A stretch of 64,000 nt of DNA, taken from assembly GCA_004293915.1 (NCBI GenBank), contig RDZG01000056.1:19342-83341 (forward strand). Reading direction: 5' to 3'. Within the stretch, counting starts at the first letter, position 1, and each line of letters opens with the position of its first letter. Below the pieces are notes generated by a model. That model was given only the letters and a program-made list of their open reading frames with translations. It was not told where the DNA came from and did not search any database. The position numbers were made by a program, and so were the translations under genes. This document shows positions 39,103 to 47,921 of the stretch, in pieces. This DNA comes from Bacteroidota bacterium. Lineage in GTDB: Bacteria > Bacteroidota > Bacteroidia > Cytophagales > UBA9547.

Positions 39103-39960
39103 TTAAAAACTAGCTAGTCGAGCTTTGTAATCTAAAAACTCTGCTGGAATTTCAACTTCTTCTTCGTCATCTTCAACTTCTTCGAGTTGTGGATGTTCTA
39201 AAGTTAGCTTTTTGGTTTCTGTAAAATGAACCAAATTCCATTCGCCATTAAAATCTTCTACTAAAGCACTCAAAGACTCTACCCAATCGCCTGAATTTAA
39301 GTAGGTTATGTCATTATATTGTGTAATAATAGGCTGATGAATATGTCCGCAAATCACACCTTCGCATTGTTTTGCTCGTGCCAATTGCACCAATTTTTCT
39401 TCGTAGTTTGATATATAACTTACAGCAGTTTTTACTTTTGCTTTTATTACTTTTGATAATGAATAATAAGGTAAACCTCTGCTTTCTCTATATTTGTTGT
39501 AAATACGATTAATCCAAAGCAAAAATGTATAGCCAACATCGCCAACATGAGCTAACCAAGTCCATTTTGAGGTTACAGAATCGAAAATATCACCATGAGT
39601 AACCAAATAGCGTTTGCCATTGGCTCCAACATATATCATATCACGAACTAATTTTAAATTCCCAATCGTGAGTGGCAAAAATTGTTCTAAAAAATCGTCA
39701 TGATTTCCTCTTAGGTAAGTTACTTTGGTGTCGTGGTCGCTCATCATTTTGAGAACTCGTTGTACAAATTTAGTGTGTTTGCGTTTCCATTCTCCCGATT
39801 TTTTTAGTTGCCAACCATCTATAATATCGCCATTAAGTATCAGATTATCAGCTGTATTAAGTTTTAAAAAACGAACTACTTCTTTAACTTTTGAGCCTTT
39901 TGTACCCAAATGAACATCAGAAACAACAATAGTTCTATAATGATTTTGTAAATTTTGCAA
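39103..39960 (-). CDS. lpxH: LpxH-like calcineurin-type metallophosphoesterase (UDP-2,3-diacylglucosamine diphosphatase family)
   Basis: It contains VVSDVHLG, LILNGDIIDGW, LRGNHD and GHIH. Confidence 0.7.
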   Translation of the reverse strand: MQNLQNHYRTIVVSDVHLGTKGSKVKEVVRFLKLNTADNLILNGDIIDGWQLKKSGEWKRKHTKFVQRVLKMMSDHDTKVTYLRGNHDDFLEQFLPLTIGNLKLVRDMIYVGANGKRYLVTHGDIFDSVTSKWTWLAHVGDVGYTFLLWINRIYNKYRESRGLPYYSLSKVIKAKVKTAVSYISNYEEKLVQLARAKQCEGVICGHIHQPIITQYNDITYLNSGDWVESLSALVEDFNGEWNLVHFTETKKLTLEHPQLEEVEDDEEEVEIPAEFLDYKARLASF

Positions 39961-40128
39961 GGATATAATCTTTAAAATACAAAATAAAGCACCAAGTATT
40001 ACTTTAAAATTACCATAAGATTATTAAATTGTGAAAATTAAAATAATTTGCCTAAAACACCAAACATTTTTGTTAAGTGTTTTGATTAAGAATAATCCCT
40101 TATTTTTGCAAAAAAATTATTCTTTAAA

Positions 40129-40539
40129 ATGAAAACTTCACACATTATTGCCATAGTAATTATAGGTTTAGCTATAAGCATTATACTTTCAACGGCTGGA
40201 GACGCAAGTAGTTATGTTTGTTTTAAAGAAGCAACCGAAATGGCAAAAGATGGCGACAACGACAAAGTACATGTGGTTGGTAAATTAGCAAAATCTGCAT
40301 CTGGACAAATAGAAGGAATGGTTTATGCTCCGCAACTAGATCCTAATTATTTTGAATTTCAGTTGGTAGATCAAAACAATGAAACCAAAAAAGTGATTTA
40401 TGCCAACCCAAAACCACAAGATTTTGAACGCTCAGAACAAGTTGTAATTATCGGCAGCATGAAAAATGATGTTTTTGTATGTGATAAAATTTTGATGAAA
40501 TGCCCTTCAAAATATCAAGAAACAAAAATTGAGTCTTAA
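40129..40539 (+). CDS. CcmE-like membrane-anchored OB-fold protein
   Basis: 136 aa with an N-terminal TM anchor. VHVVGKL...EFQLVD...SEQVVIIGSM...DKILMKCPSKYQ is typical of the Bacteroidota 'cytochrome c maturation protein CcmE' homologues as I recall them. Confidence 0.6.
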   Translation: MKTSHIIAIVIIGLAISIILSTAGDASSYVCFKEATEMAKDGDNDKVHVVGKLAKSASGQIEGMVYAPQLDPNYFEFQLVDQNNETKKVIYANPKPQDFERSEQVVIIGSMKNDVFVCDKILMKCPSKYQETKIES

Positions 40540-40547
40540 AAAAGACG

Positions 40548-42020
40548 TTATATATATTTTCCGCTTTTGCATATTTTTATGGAAATGTGTTTACTAAATA
40601 CACTTGGTTTATAAATCGATTTTCCAAGTAATGCACGCAAACATTCTTGCACTCCTTCAATAATTGATGGATGCGGATGTATCATTTCTGCTAATGTATT
40701 GATGCCTTTGTCGAAAGCCATCAGCAAAGCAACCGCCTGAATGGCACTTGAAGCATGTTCGCCAACGGCACGCATTCCTATCACACGCATTTCGGCATCA
40801 TCAGTTACCAAAATTTTGAAAAAACCATGTGTATTTCGCATGGCAATCGCTCTGGCAATAGTATTATAATGCACTTTTGCAACCCTAAAATTTAAGCCTT
40901 TGGCTATAGCTTGGGTTTCGTTTAGTCCAACCGAAGCAATTTCTGGATTCAAAAACATAATTGTCGAAATATTATCGTATCGCAATTTTTCAGAAACATT
41001 GTTATATAACATTTCTACTGCATGTCTGCCTTCTAGTTCGCCAACATTTACTAGTGCTATATCGGCAGTTAAATCGCCAACTGCAAAAATATTTGGTACA
41101 CTCGTTATGGTGTTGTCATCTTCGATAAAACCACGTTTATTGAGTTTTACACCCACTTTTTCTAATCCTAATGTTTCGATATTTGGCACACGACCAACAG
41201 AAATAAGGGCTTTTTCGACTTCAAAAATTTCGCAAGAATTGTCAGAAAAGCAAAGTTCGTATTTCACCTTTCCTCCAACCACTTTCATTTCTTTTAGTTC
41301 TGCATTTTTATGAATTGTAATACCATTTTTAATAAAATTTTCTTCCAAAATGGCAGAAATATCTAAATCTTCGAATGGCAAAATGCGGTCGTCTTTTGAT
41401 ATTAAATGAACTTTGGTTTTACCAAAATTGCTAAACATGGCAGCATATTCGCAACCAATCACACCAGCACCTAAAATGACTAAACTTTTGGGAAATTCTT
41501 CAAAATTGTTAATTCCATCGCTGGTAACAATTGTTTTTTCGTCAATGGCAATATGTGGCAAATAGCGAGGACGGCTGCCTGTTGCCAAAATTATATTTTC
41601 TGCAAAAATAGTTTCTTGACCATCTGTTTTTGTTATTAAAACTTCGTTTTTATTCTGCACACTGGCATCGCCAGTTATAAAATCAAATGTATTTGATTTG
41701 CCTTCTTTTTCGAGTAGCTGCAAATGATTCAGCATTTGGTTGCTTCGTTCCATTTCGGCATCTCGAACTTCGGATATAATAGACTTATAATCAGGAACTT
41801 CGTATTTTTTACCAAAGCGTTCGGCTTGGTTTTTTTCGGCTAAAATATCATGCGAAATTTCCCACATCGTTTTCGATGCCAAAGCACCATTAAAAACTCC
41901 AGCTCCACCAAGTTTATGACGCTCAATTAGCACCACTTTTTTATTGAAGTCTACCGCACGCATTGCTGCTGCATAGCCAGATGGACCACCACCAATCACA
42001 CAAACATCATATTTTTTCAT
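40548..42020 (-). CDS. Pyridine nucleotide-disulfide oxidoreductase-family flavoprotein (Lpd/SthA-like) lacking the redox-active CxxxxC
   Basis: 490 aa. It has the FAD motif VIGGGPSGYAAA and the NAD motif ILGAGVIGCEYA. The position of GGTCLNVGCIPSK reads GGAGVFNGALASK. The C-terminus has HPHPSIIEG. Confidence 0.8.
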   Translation of the reverse strand: MKKYDVCVIGGGPSGYAAAMRAVDFNKKVVLIERHKLGGAGVFNGALASKTMWEISHDILAEKNQAERFGKKYEVPDYKSIISEVRDAEMERSNQMLNHLQLLEKEGKSNTFDFITGDASVQNKNEVLITKTDGQETIFAENIILATGSRPRYLPHIAIDEKTIVTSDGINNFEEFPKSLVILGAGVIGCEYAAMFSNFGKTKVHLISKDDRILPFEDLDISAILEENFIKNGITIHKNAELKEMKVVGGKVKYELCFSDNSCEIFEVEKALISVGRVPNIETLGLEKVGVKLNKRGFIEDDNTITSVPNIFAVGDLTADIALVNVGELEGRHAVEMLYNNVSEKLRYDNISTIMFLNPEIASVGLNETQAIAKGLNFRVAKVHYNTIARAIAMRNTHGFFKILVTDDAEMRVIGMRAVGEHASSAIQAVALLMAFDKGINTLAEMIHPHPSIIEGVQECLRALLGKSIYKPSVFSKHISIKICKSGKYI

Positions 42021-42313
42021 AAACCAAACGTAAAAGCAACTATGTTTTTTATTTTATAGTCAAAAAAACAATTTCTTTTTGCCAAATTAAAAAAAATATT
42101 ACTTTAAATTCTAGTCCTTGTGCTTATTTTTTTTCTAAAATTAGTAAACTACAGCTTTCAAAGACATGATAAGCGTATAAAGTACTATTTCAATTGAATT
42201 TTAATACAAAAGTGCTAAGTACCTATAAGTTAAGAACAGTTTGCAATGAAAATAAAATTCATTGGATTTGAAACAAAGTACAGAATTGCATCAAGTGATA
42301 TTTTATTATAAAT

Positions 42314-43246
42314 TTACATTACACTATTATTTACTATTTCATGAATAACGTTATCTAATTCTGTTGCGGCTTGTTTTAAATATTCTAATTCAAGTGATAT
42401 ATCGTTTTCTTTTTTTGATTCAATCAAATTAATTAGTCCTAAAATAGTCGAAACGGGTTTTCTAACTTCGTGAGATTGTTGCCAGGCAATCTTTTTTAGT
42501 TGTTCGTTTTGATTACAAATTGCTATTTCATTAAGTTTTTGAGTAGTAATATCTTGCACATTGTGAGCTATTCCAAGCATGTTATTATCTAAATCATATA
42601 CTGGGAAAATGATAAATTTCCACCACCCAGCTCCGTTTGTTTTTTCTACTTCTATGCGTTCATGATTAAGCACGCGATGATAATAGTCTATAAATTCTGC
42701 CTGAAATTGTGGCAACATAAAATCAATGGAGTTGTCGTTTGGTTTTGGCTCACGTCCGAAAATCTGAAAACACAATTGTTTTGCAATTTTATTAGAGTAA
42801 ACAATTTTTAGGTTTTTATTAATGTAAGTACACGCCTCATTTGTACATTCATAAATTGCACCCAGCAAACTTGACATTTCAAATTGTGAATCTAAGGACT
42901 TTTTTGCAATTAAGTTAAGCTCGAAATATTCTGATATATGAAGCAAGAATTGATTTAATAATTGAGTCTCAATTTCTTTTTTTGTATCAAAAAAAGAAAT
43001 AGTACCTAAAATTTCATTCTTTTTATTTAAAAGAAATGAATACGAAAAATGTTCTGTATGATATAATTGTAAACTATCTGTATCAATTGCTTGGTTTTTT
43101 ATTATTGAATTTAGTTCTTTATCAAAAATAGAAATTATTACTTTATTACAATCAAATAGTAAGGATGCAAGTTTTAATGAAGTATTAAAGTTATAATCCT
43201 CAAATTTTAATTTATTGGTATGTAATTTTGTAAAATAGGTATTCAT
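42314..43246 (-). CDS. GAF-like/PAS sensor protein ending in a histidine-kinase DHp (HisKA) domain, with no ATPase domain
   Basis: 310 aa. It has a PAS core (...WWKFIIFPVYDLDNNMLGIAHNVQDITTQK) and then the H-box SHEVRKPVSTILGLINLI. The ORF stops about 45 aa later, without N/G1/G2 boxes. Confidence 0.7.
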   Translation of the reverse strand: MNTYFTKLHTNKLKFEDYNFNTSLKLASLLFDCNKVIISIFDKELNSIIKNQAIDTDSLQLYHTEHFSYSFLLNKKNEILGTISFFDTKKEIETQLLNQFLLHISEYFELNLIAKKSLDSQFEMSSLLGAIYECTNEACTYINKNLKIVYSNKIAKQLCFQIFGREPKPNDNSIDFMLPQFQAEFIDYYHRVLNHERIEVEKTNGAGWWKFIIFPVYDLDNNMLGIAHNVQDITTQKLNEIAICNQNEQLKKIAWQQSHEVRKPVSTILGLINLIESKKENDISLELEYLKQAATELDNVIHEIVNNSVM

Positions 43247-43835
43247 GTATAATTTAGGTTTCGGTTTTTTTCGTTAGATACAATAATAACTATATAAACA
43301 AACACTTGTATATATAATAATTATTCAATTCTAAATGTATCTATATCAATCAGAGTAACTTTACTATTGGTTTCTCCACATATTTCTAAAATCCACAAAA
43401 ACTCCTTGATAAAGCTTTGAATTGTAGCCGAGAGATTTTGCAACTATTTCTACTAATCCATTTTCTTTCTTTAAAACGCTCTAAGCATAATTTCAATTCC
43501 TTCATGATTTGCCAAAAAACCATCTGCTTCAAACAATATAAAATCTAAAGTCGTATTCAAATGCTGAGGTAGACCTGTAGTTCTTTTCGTTCTCATCAAT
43601 ATTGGTAATTTTATTGTCAAATTTTAAATATAGTTTTAAATTCAATTTTTTACTAAACTATAAAACTCCTTTAAATTTTAAGAATTTGGAATTAAATCTT
43701 ACTTTTTATATTACGCTGTTTGCATTTCTTTTGGAGTGCAAAATTTTGAAATTTTTTGATGCTTTTTATTATTTATAACCATTGGGGATGTCTTTGGGTT
43801 GCATAGTCTCGTATTGTTTTTTATAAATGGATTAT

Positions 43836-44153
43836 TTAAGAATTAGTTTTTTGTAATAAAATCCATTTTGTTAATTCGGATTCAAATATGGGTATGAAAT
43901 TTATGTTTGCTAATGAAACAGTAAGGTGTATTTGAAAATCATATAAAATTCCATTTATATATAACGAGTCGTCAGCATAAATTTTGAAACAGTCTTTTGA
44001 TAATGGCGAAAATTGACTGAAATTTTGAACTTCTAAAAACCCAAATTCTGCCAAACTTTCGATTAGACTTGGCAGAAGTGGAGTTTTTAAAGTGTAACAT
44101 TTTCTGATATGTTTTCTGCAGTTTTTATTTTCAATTACTTCAAACAGTTGCAT
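43836..44153 (-). CDS. Hypothetical protein (105 aa), last gene of the seven-gene operon
   Basis: The ORF starts 20 nt after the double-V4R gene. I recognise no family. Confidence 0.45.
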   Translation of the reverse strand: MQLFEVIENKNCRKHIRKCYTLKTPLLPSLIESLAEFGFLEVQNFSQFSPLSKDCFKIYADDSLYINGILYDFQIHLTVSLANINFIPIFESELTKWILLQKTNS

Positions 44154-44173
44154 TGATTGGCATGTTTTATCGG

Positions 44174-45472
44174 CTATTGATTTTTTAAAATTGCCTCAAT
44201 AATATCAAATTCATCGCCTTTGGCTCTACAATAGGTTTGTTTAGATTCAAAACAATGTTTTGAGCGTTGTATTTCTTGATAGTATGTTTCGTTAAGCTCA
44301 GGATTTTGCGAAATATCTCCGTTATAAATCAAATTCATGATACCAGCAACACCTCCTGTTGCTAAAAATGAAATAGGATATTCGCTTTTTTCATACATTT
44401 TTAAATAGCTATTTGCCTCATAGCCACTTGTAATTTTTATTACTAATTTTGTATTCGGTATAAGTTCTAAAACTTCCCATTGCCCCCATCCAAAAGCATT
44501 AACAACTGCTACAATACCATACACCCAATCTTCTTTTGATTTTATCATTGGTTTAATTAACCCCGACCATTCTGTAGATTTCATTATTCCACCAAAAGTA
44601 TTAAAGGCACAAACATGCCCAGCCTCAGTTAATAATTTTGACCCTAAAGCAACACCATCTTCACCCATTTTTTCTTTTAGTTTTTGCAATGTTCGGTAAG
44701 ATATTAGGCAATAATAGTTGGCATACATACGAGTTAAGAACACTCCAAAAGCTTCTATAAGACCATTTTTGTGATTGCCCATGATTGGCATTTGTACTAA
44801 TGCAAGTTTTATTGCATCAGCATTTATGGCATCTTTAGAGCAATCATAAGGCTCAAACATATTAAAAACGCCTTCTTGAGGTGAATCAAAGTGGTTAAGA
44901 ATGTCATGATTTAACGTAATTTCAAAGCAAGGAAACTCATCACCTTTTGTTATGCATTTGGTTTGAGTGGTTTTATATTGCCCTTGATTTTTATCAAAAA
45001 TGGCTTCAAAAGCTCCCGAAAAATATCCAGACGCAAAAAACGAAACATTAGGTTCATCTAATTTGCGAGGTACAAATTTATCAAGCCAGCCTGTACTGTA
45101 ATGTTCTGCAATACAAACAATATTTCCACCATCTGGTGTTAATTTGCTTAAATCGGCTTTTCCAAAACCACAAAAACTAAAAAAATCAGAAGCAATTTGC
45201 AACTTTTCATTTATTGTTTTAATTTGATTAATTATAAAATGATTTTTTAATTGCAAATAAACAATATCACGTGCTGAATCTATTAAAATGGGATAAATTG
45301 GCAAATAGCTTTTTGTGTCCTCGAGAGATGCTTGTAAAAAGGTATTATAATGATGGCAATGCAAAATCATGGGTTCTTGCTCAGCAATATAGGCATTTCG
45401 GTTTGGCAAAAACGTTCCGTTTAAGTTATTCATATTGATTTTAAGGTTTAAATTGTAAAATTTAATTGGCAA
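44174..45472 (-). CDS. Protein with two V4R-like (4-vinyl reductase-type) ligand-binding domains
   Basis: 432 aa. Both halves end in the V4R-style motif: TQTKCITKGDEFPCFEITL in the first half and KQTYCRAKGDEFDIIEAIL in the second. Each motif is preceded by a Gly-rich segment (ASGYFSGAFEAIF and ATGGVAGIMNLIY). An alternative start is MNNLNG (ATG at 45433). Confidence 0.6.
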   Translation of the reverse strand: MPIKFYNLNLKINMNNLNGTFLPNRNAYIAEQEPMILHCHHYNTFLQASLEDTKSYLPIYPILIDSARDIVYLQLKNHFIINQIKTINEKLQIASDFFSFCGFGKADLSKLTPDGGNIVCIAEHYSTGWLDKFVPRKLDEPNVSFFASGYFSGAFEAIFDKNQGQYKTTQTKCITKGDEFPCFEITLNHDILNHFDSPQEGVFNMFEPYDCSKDAINADAIKLALVQMPIMGNHKNGLIEAFGVFLTRMYANYYCLISYRTLQKLKEKMGEDGVALGSKLLTEAGHVCAFNTFGGIMKSTEWSGLIKPMIKSKEDWVYGIVAVVNAFGWGQWEVLELIPNTKLVIKITSGYEANSYLKMYEKSEYPISFLATGGVAGIMNLIYNGDISQNPELNETYYQEIQRSKHCFESKQTYCRAKGDEFDIIEAILKNQ

Positions 45473-45689
45473 AAAGATGGTTTGGTAGCTTTATATTGTA
45501 AACATCGAAGTAAGATTTATTTATTTTTTCGAGAATTTTTTGCTCTAAAATAGTATCGTCTTTTATGTTTTGAAGAAACAAACCAGTTTCTCTAAAATCA
45601 GCTAGATGCCTAAACATAATTCGTTGCCAAGCGAAAGGCGATATTTCACCGTCACTCCATGTTTTTAAATCTTTAACTTTTGTAATCAT
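45462..45689 (-). CDS. Hypothetical protein (75 aa)
   Basis: The ORF overlaps the next gene by 11 nt if the track starts are used. I recognise no family. Confidence 0.45.
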   Translation of the reverse strand: MITKVKDLKTWSDGEISPFAWQRIMFRHLADFRETGLFLQNIKDDTILEQKILEKINKSYFDVYNIKLPNHLFAN

Positions 45690-45730
45690 TGTAGGTTTGG
45701 TTGTAAATATTGATTGATTTTAAAACGTAA

Positions 45731-46291
45731 TTACCAACTTATCAAATACGTTGAACTTTCGCCACCGTCATTTCGGTTTTGTTTGGTTGTGTCTAAAACT
45801 ACCTGCACAAGCGGCTTAAACCTGCGAGCCATTGAAATAATAATTCCTCTATCAAATTCACATGGATAAGGATTATCTGCTATCATAATACCTGTATTCT
45901 CGGATGTTTTTTTGTATTTATAATTGCCAATTCCTTCCAACATTTCACCATTTGAGGGATTAAACATAACCTCTCCATTAATTCTATGGTTCATGTGATA
46001 AGTCACATCTATTAGAGCTAAAGCACTATGAATTTCGTTTATATTTGGCGGCAACAACGCATTGTCTAAAATAGATTTTCCAATTATAAATAACGTTTTT
46101 TGTCCAAAATCATCAGTAATTTTTTTAAACGCTTTTAGCCAATCTGTAATTGAATACCAACTATCAAGATTAATATCTTTGATTTTGCAATTTTTTAAAA
46201 TCATGATTATTTCATCTTGGTCTTCCTTTAAAGCATCCAAAAATGAGTTTATGGTTTGACCGTTTACTTCTATTTTATTAAAATTTTCCAT
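45731..46291 (-). CDS. Hypothetical protein (186 aa), possibly a V4R/H-NOX-like ligand-binding fold
   Basis: SWYSITDWLKAFKKI...FIIGKSI...NPYPCEFDRGIIISMARRF resembles the 'pyPC.f..G.i.g' region of V4R/DUF2378-type domains, but the match is weak. The start lies 1 nt after the upstream stop. Confidence 0.45.
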   Translation of the reverse strand: MENFNKIEVNGQTINSFLDALKEDQDEIIMILKNCKIKDINLDSWYSITDWLKAFKKITDDFGQKTLFIIGKSILDNALLPPNINEIHSALALIDVTYHMNHRINGEVMFNPSNGEMLEGIGNYKYKKTSENTGIMIADNPYPCEFDRGIIISMARRFKPLVQVVLDTTKQNRNDGGESSTYLISW

Positions 46292-46292
46292 A

Positions 46293-47921
46293 TTAATTTA
46301 AGTTATTTTCGGGTTTTAATTGGTTGAGCGATTCTATTTCTTTATCTTTTTTTCTGATTTTTAATTCTAACATTTCTATTTTAGCATCTCTGGATTCTTT
46401 ATCAGCCAAAAGTTCTGCGGACATTTTTTCAATCTCTTTGTTTTTTTGTTCCATTTCTTCTTGCGTTGTCATAAGTTCCTCCATGCCTTGTTGCATCATT
46501 TCTTCTTGCATTTTCATTCTCGCTTCTATCGTTTTGGAATTATTGAGTTCGTTTGTTAGTTCATCTTGTTTGCGAGTCATTTCTTCTTGTATTGCTTGGA
46601 GTTCTTCCATATTCTGACGCATCTCTTCTTCTTGAGCTCTCATTTCTTCGGCTTGTTGTTGCGAAGCCTCAAGCAGTTGTTTGGTTTTTTCGTTAATTTT
46701 TACTGTTGAAATAGTTGAGGCAATATTTTGACTAATTTTTTTTATAAACGAAATTTTATACTCTTCTAAAATTTCAAAAAATGCCATTTCAATAACCCCA
46801 TACACTATATCATTAACTATTAACGGATAAATTAGCAAACATCTTGGTGTAGCAAAGCCTAAGCCAGACGTTATTCTTATGTATTCTTCAGGTACTTTCG
46901 TAAGATAAATTATATCTTTTTCTAAATAACATGCTCCAACTAATCCCTCATTTATTAAAATTTTCTTTTTATGATATTTTTTCCTGTCATACGCATAGCA
47001 AGATACTAATTCAAAGTGTGGGTCTAGTGTATTAGTATCGTTTACAATAAATATTCCACCTTGATTGGCAGACAAATATTTTATCAAAAACACCAAACTG
47101 GCATCACATAATGCTTGTAAACTATTTGTATTATTTCGCAAAATCTCAGCCGATTGTGCTAATCCAAGATTAATATATCTTTCCTCCTCTTCTCTTTTTT
47201 TAGCATTCGACAAGCTGTTTTTCATCGTAATTAAGGCGATACCTAATTCGTTATTTTCTTCTGCTTGTAAATTAATATCATAATTTCCTTTTGAAATTTC
47301 GTTTGCAATCGCAACATTTCTATTTATGTCATCAATTTGAACTTGAAATTGATGGTTTTTTTGTTCAATTAGCTCATGTGTAATTTTGAGTTCATATGCC
47401 CAATAGCCACAAAGAAAAAATATGACTGCTGCCAACGATACATGAATCAAAAAAGTTTGCAAATCCATGTAATCACTAGTTGTAAAATAAACCTCGCTAT
47501 ATCCCCAAAATTGTAATATAGCCAAAACGGCATGATGAACCACAACCAAAAGTGTTAATGGAAGCTGAAGTTGCCATTTTTTATAGTTTATAAGCAAAAT
47601 AGAGGCAATAAATGCAACAAAATGCATTTCAATCATTCCGTGCATTTGGTAGATTAGCAATGCTGTAAACAATGCACTACAAGCACTTCCTATGTATTGA
47701 TAAAGTAGTGAATCTAACAAATGTAATTTAGCTAGATAATATGCCCCAAGAAGCATACTAATAACGGGTATTGAAATACTAAACGTGTCGTAAATTGGGC
47801 TAATAGCCAGTGACGTCAATGAAAGTATAGCAAATGCTATATCCATTATTCTATCTGCAAATTTGTATTTGCTTCTGTTTTCCATTTTCAAATTATTTTT
47901 AATTATAAATTGAGCAACCAT
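46293..47921 (-). CDS. Membrane sensor: His-rich ~6-TM N-terminal domain + HAMP-like linker + GAF domain + long Glu/Met/Gln coiled coil
   Basis: 542 aa. The TM helices carry QMHGMIEMHF, VVVHHAVL and LIHVSL. The GAF-like core is LSANQGGIFIVND...CYAYDRKKY...EGLVGACYLEKDIIYLTKVPEEYIRITSGLG...VYGVIEMAFF. The C-terminus repeats EEMRQNMEELQAIQEEM and QEEMMQQGMEELMTTQEEM. Confidence 0.75.
   Translation of the reverse strand: MVAQFIIKNNLKMENRSKYKFADRIMDIAFAILSLTSLAISPIYDTFSISIPVISMLLGAYYLAKLHLLDSLLYQYIGSACSALFTALLIYQMHGMIEMHFVAFIASILLINYKKWQLQLPLTLLVVVHHAVLAILQFWGYSEVYFTTSDYMDLQTFLIHVSLAAVIFFLCGYWAYELKITHELIEQKNHQFQVQIDDINRNVAIANEISKGNYDINLQAEENNELGIALITMKNSLSNAKKREEEERYINLGLAQSAEILRNNTNSLQALCDASLVFLIKYLSANQGGIFIVNDTNTLDPHFELVSCYAYDRKKYHKKKILINEGLVGACYLEKDIIYLTKVPEEYIRITSGLGFATPRCLLIYPLIVNDIVYGVIEMAFFEILEEYKISFIKKISQNIASTISTVKINEKTKQLLEASQQQAEEMRAQEEEMRQNMEELQAIQEEMTRKQDELTNELNNSKTIEARMKMQEEMMQQGMEELMTTQEEMEQKNKEIEKMSAELLADKESRDAKIEMLELKIRKKDKEIESLNQLKPENNLN

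Noticed and set aside
40900-41313. 137-aa plus-strand ORF
   Set aside because: It is antisense to the Lpd-like flavoprotein gene. It is a shadow ORF.
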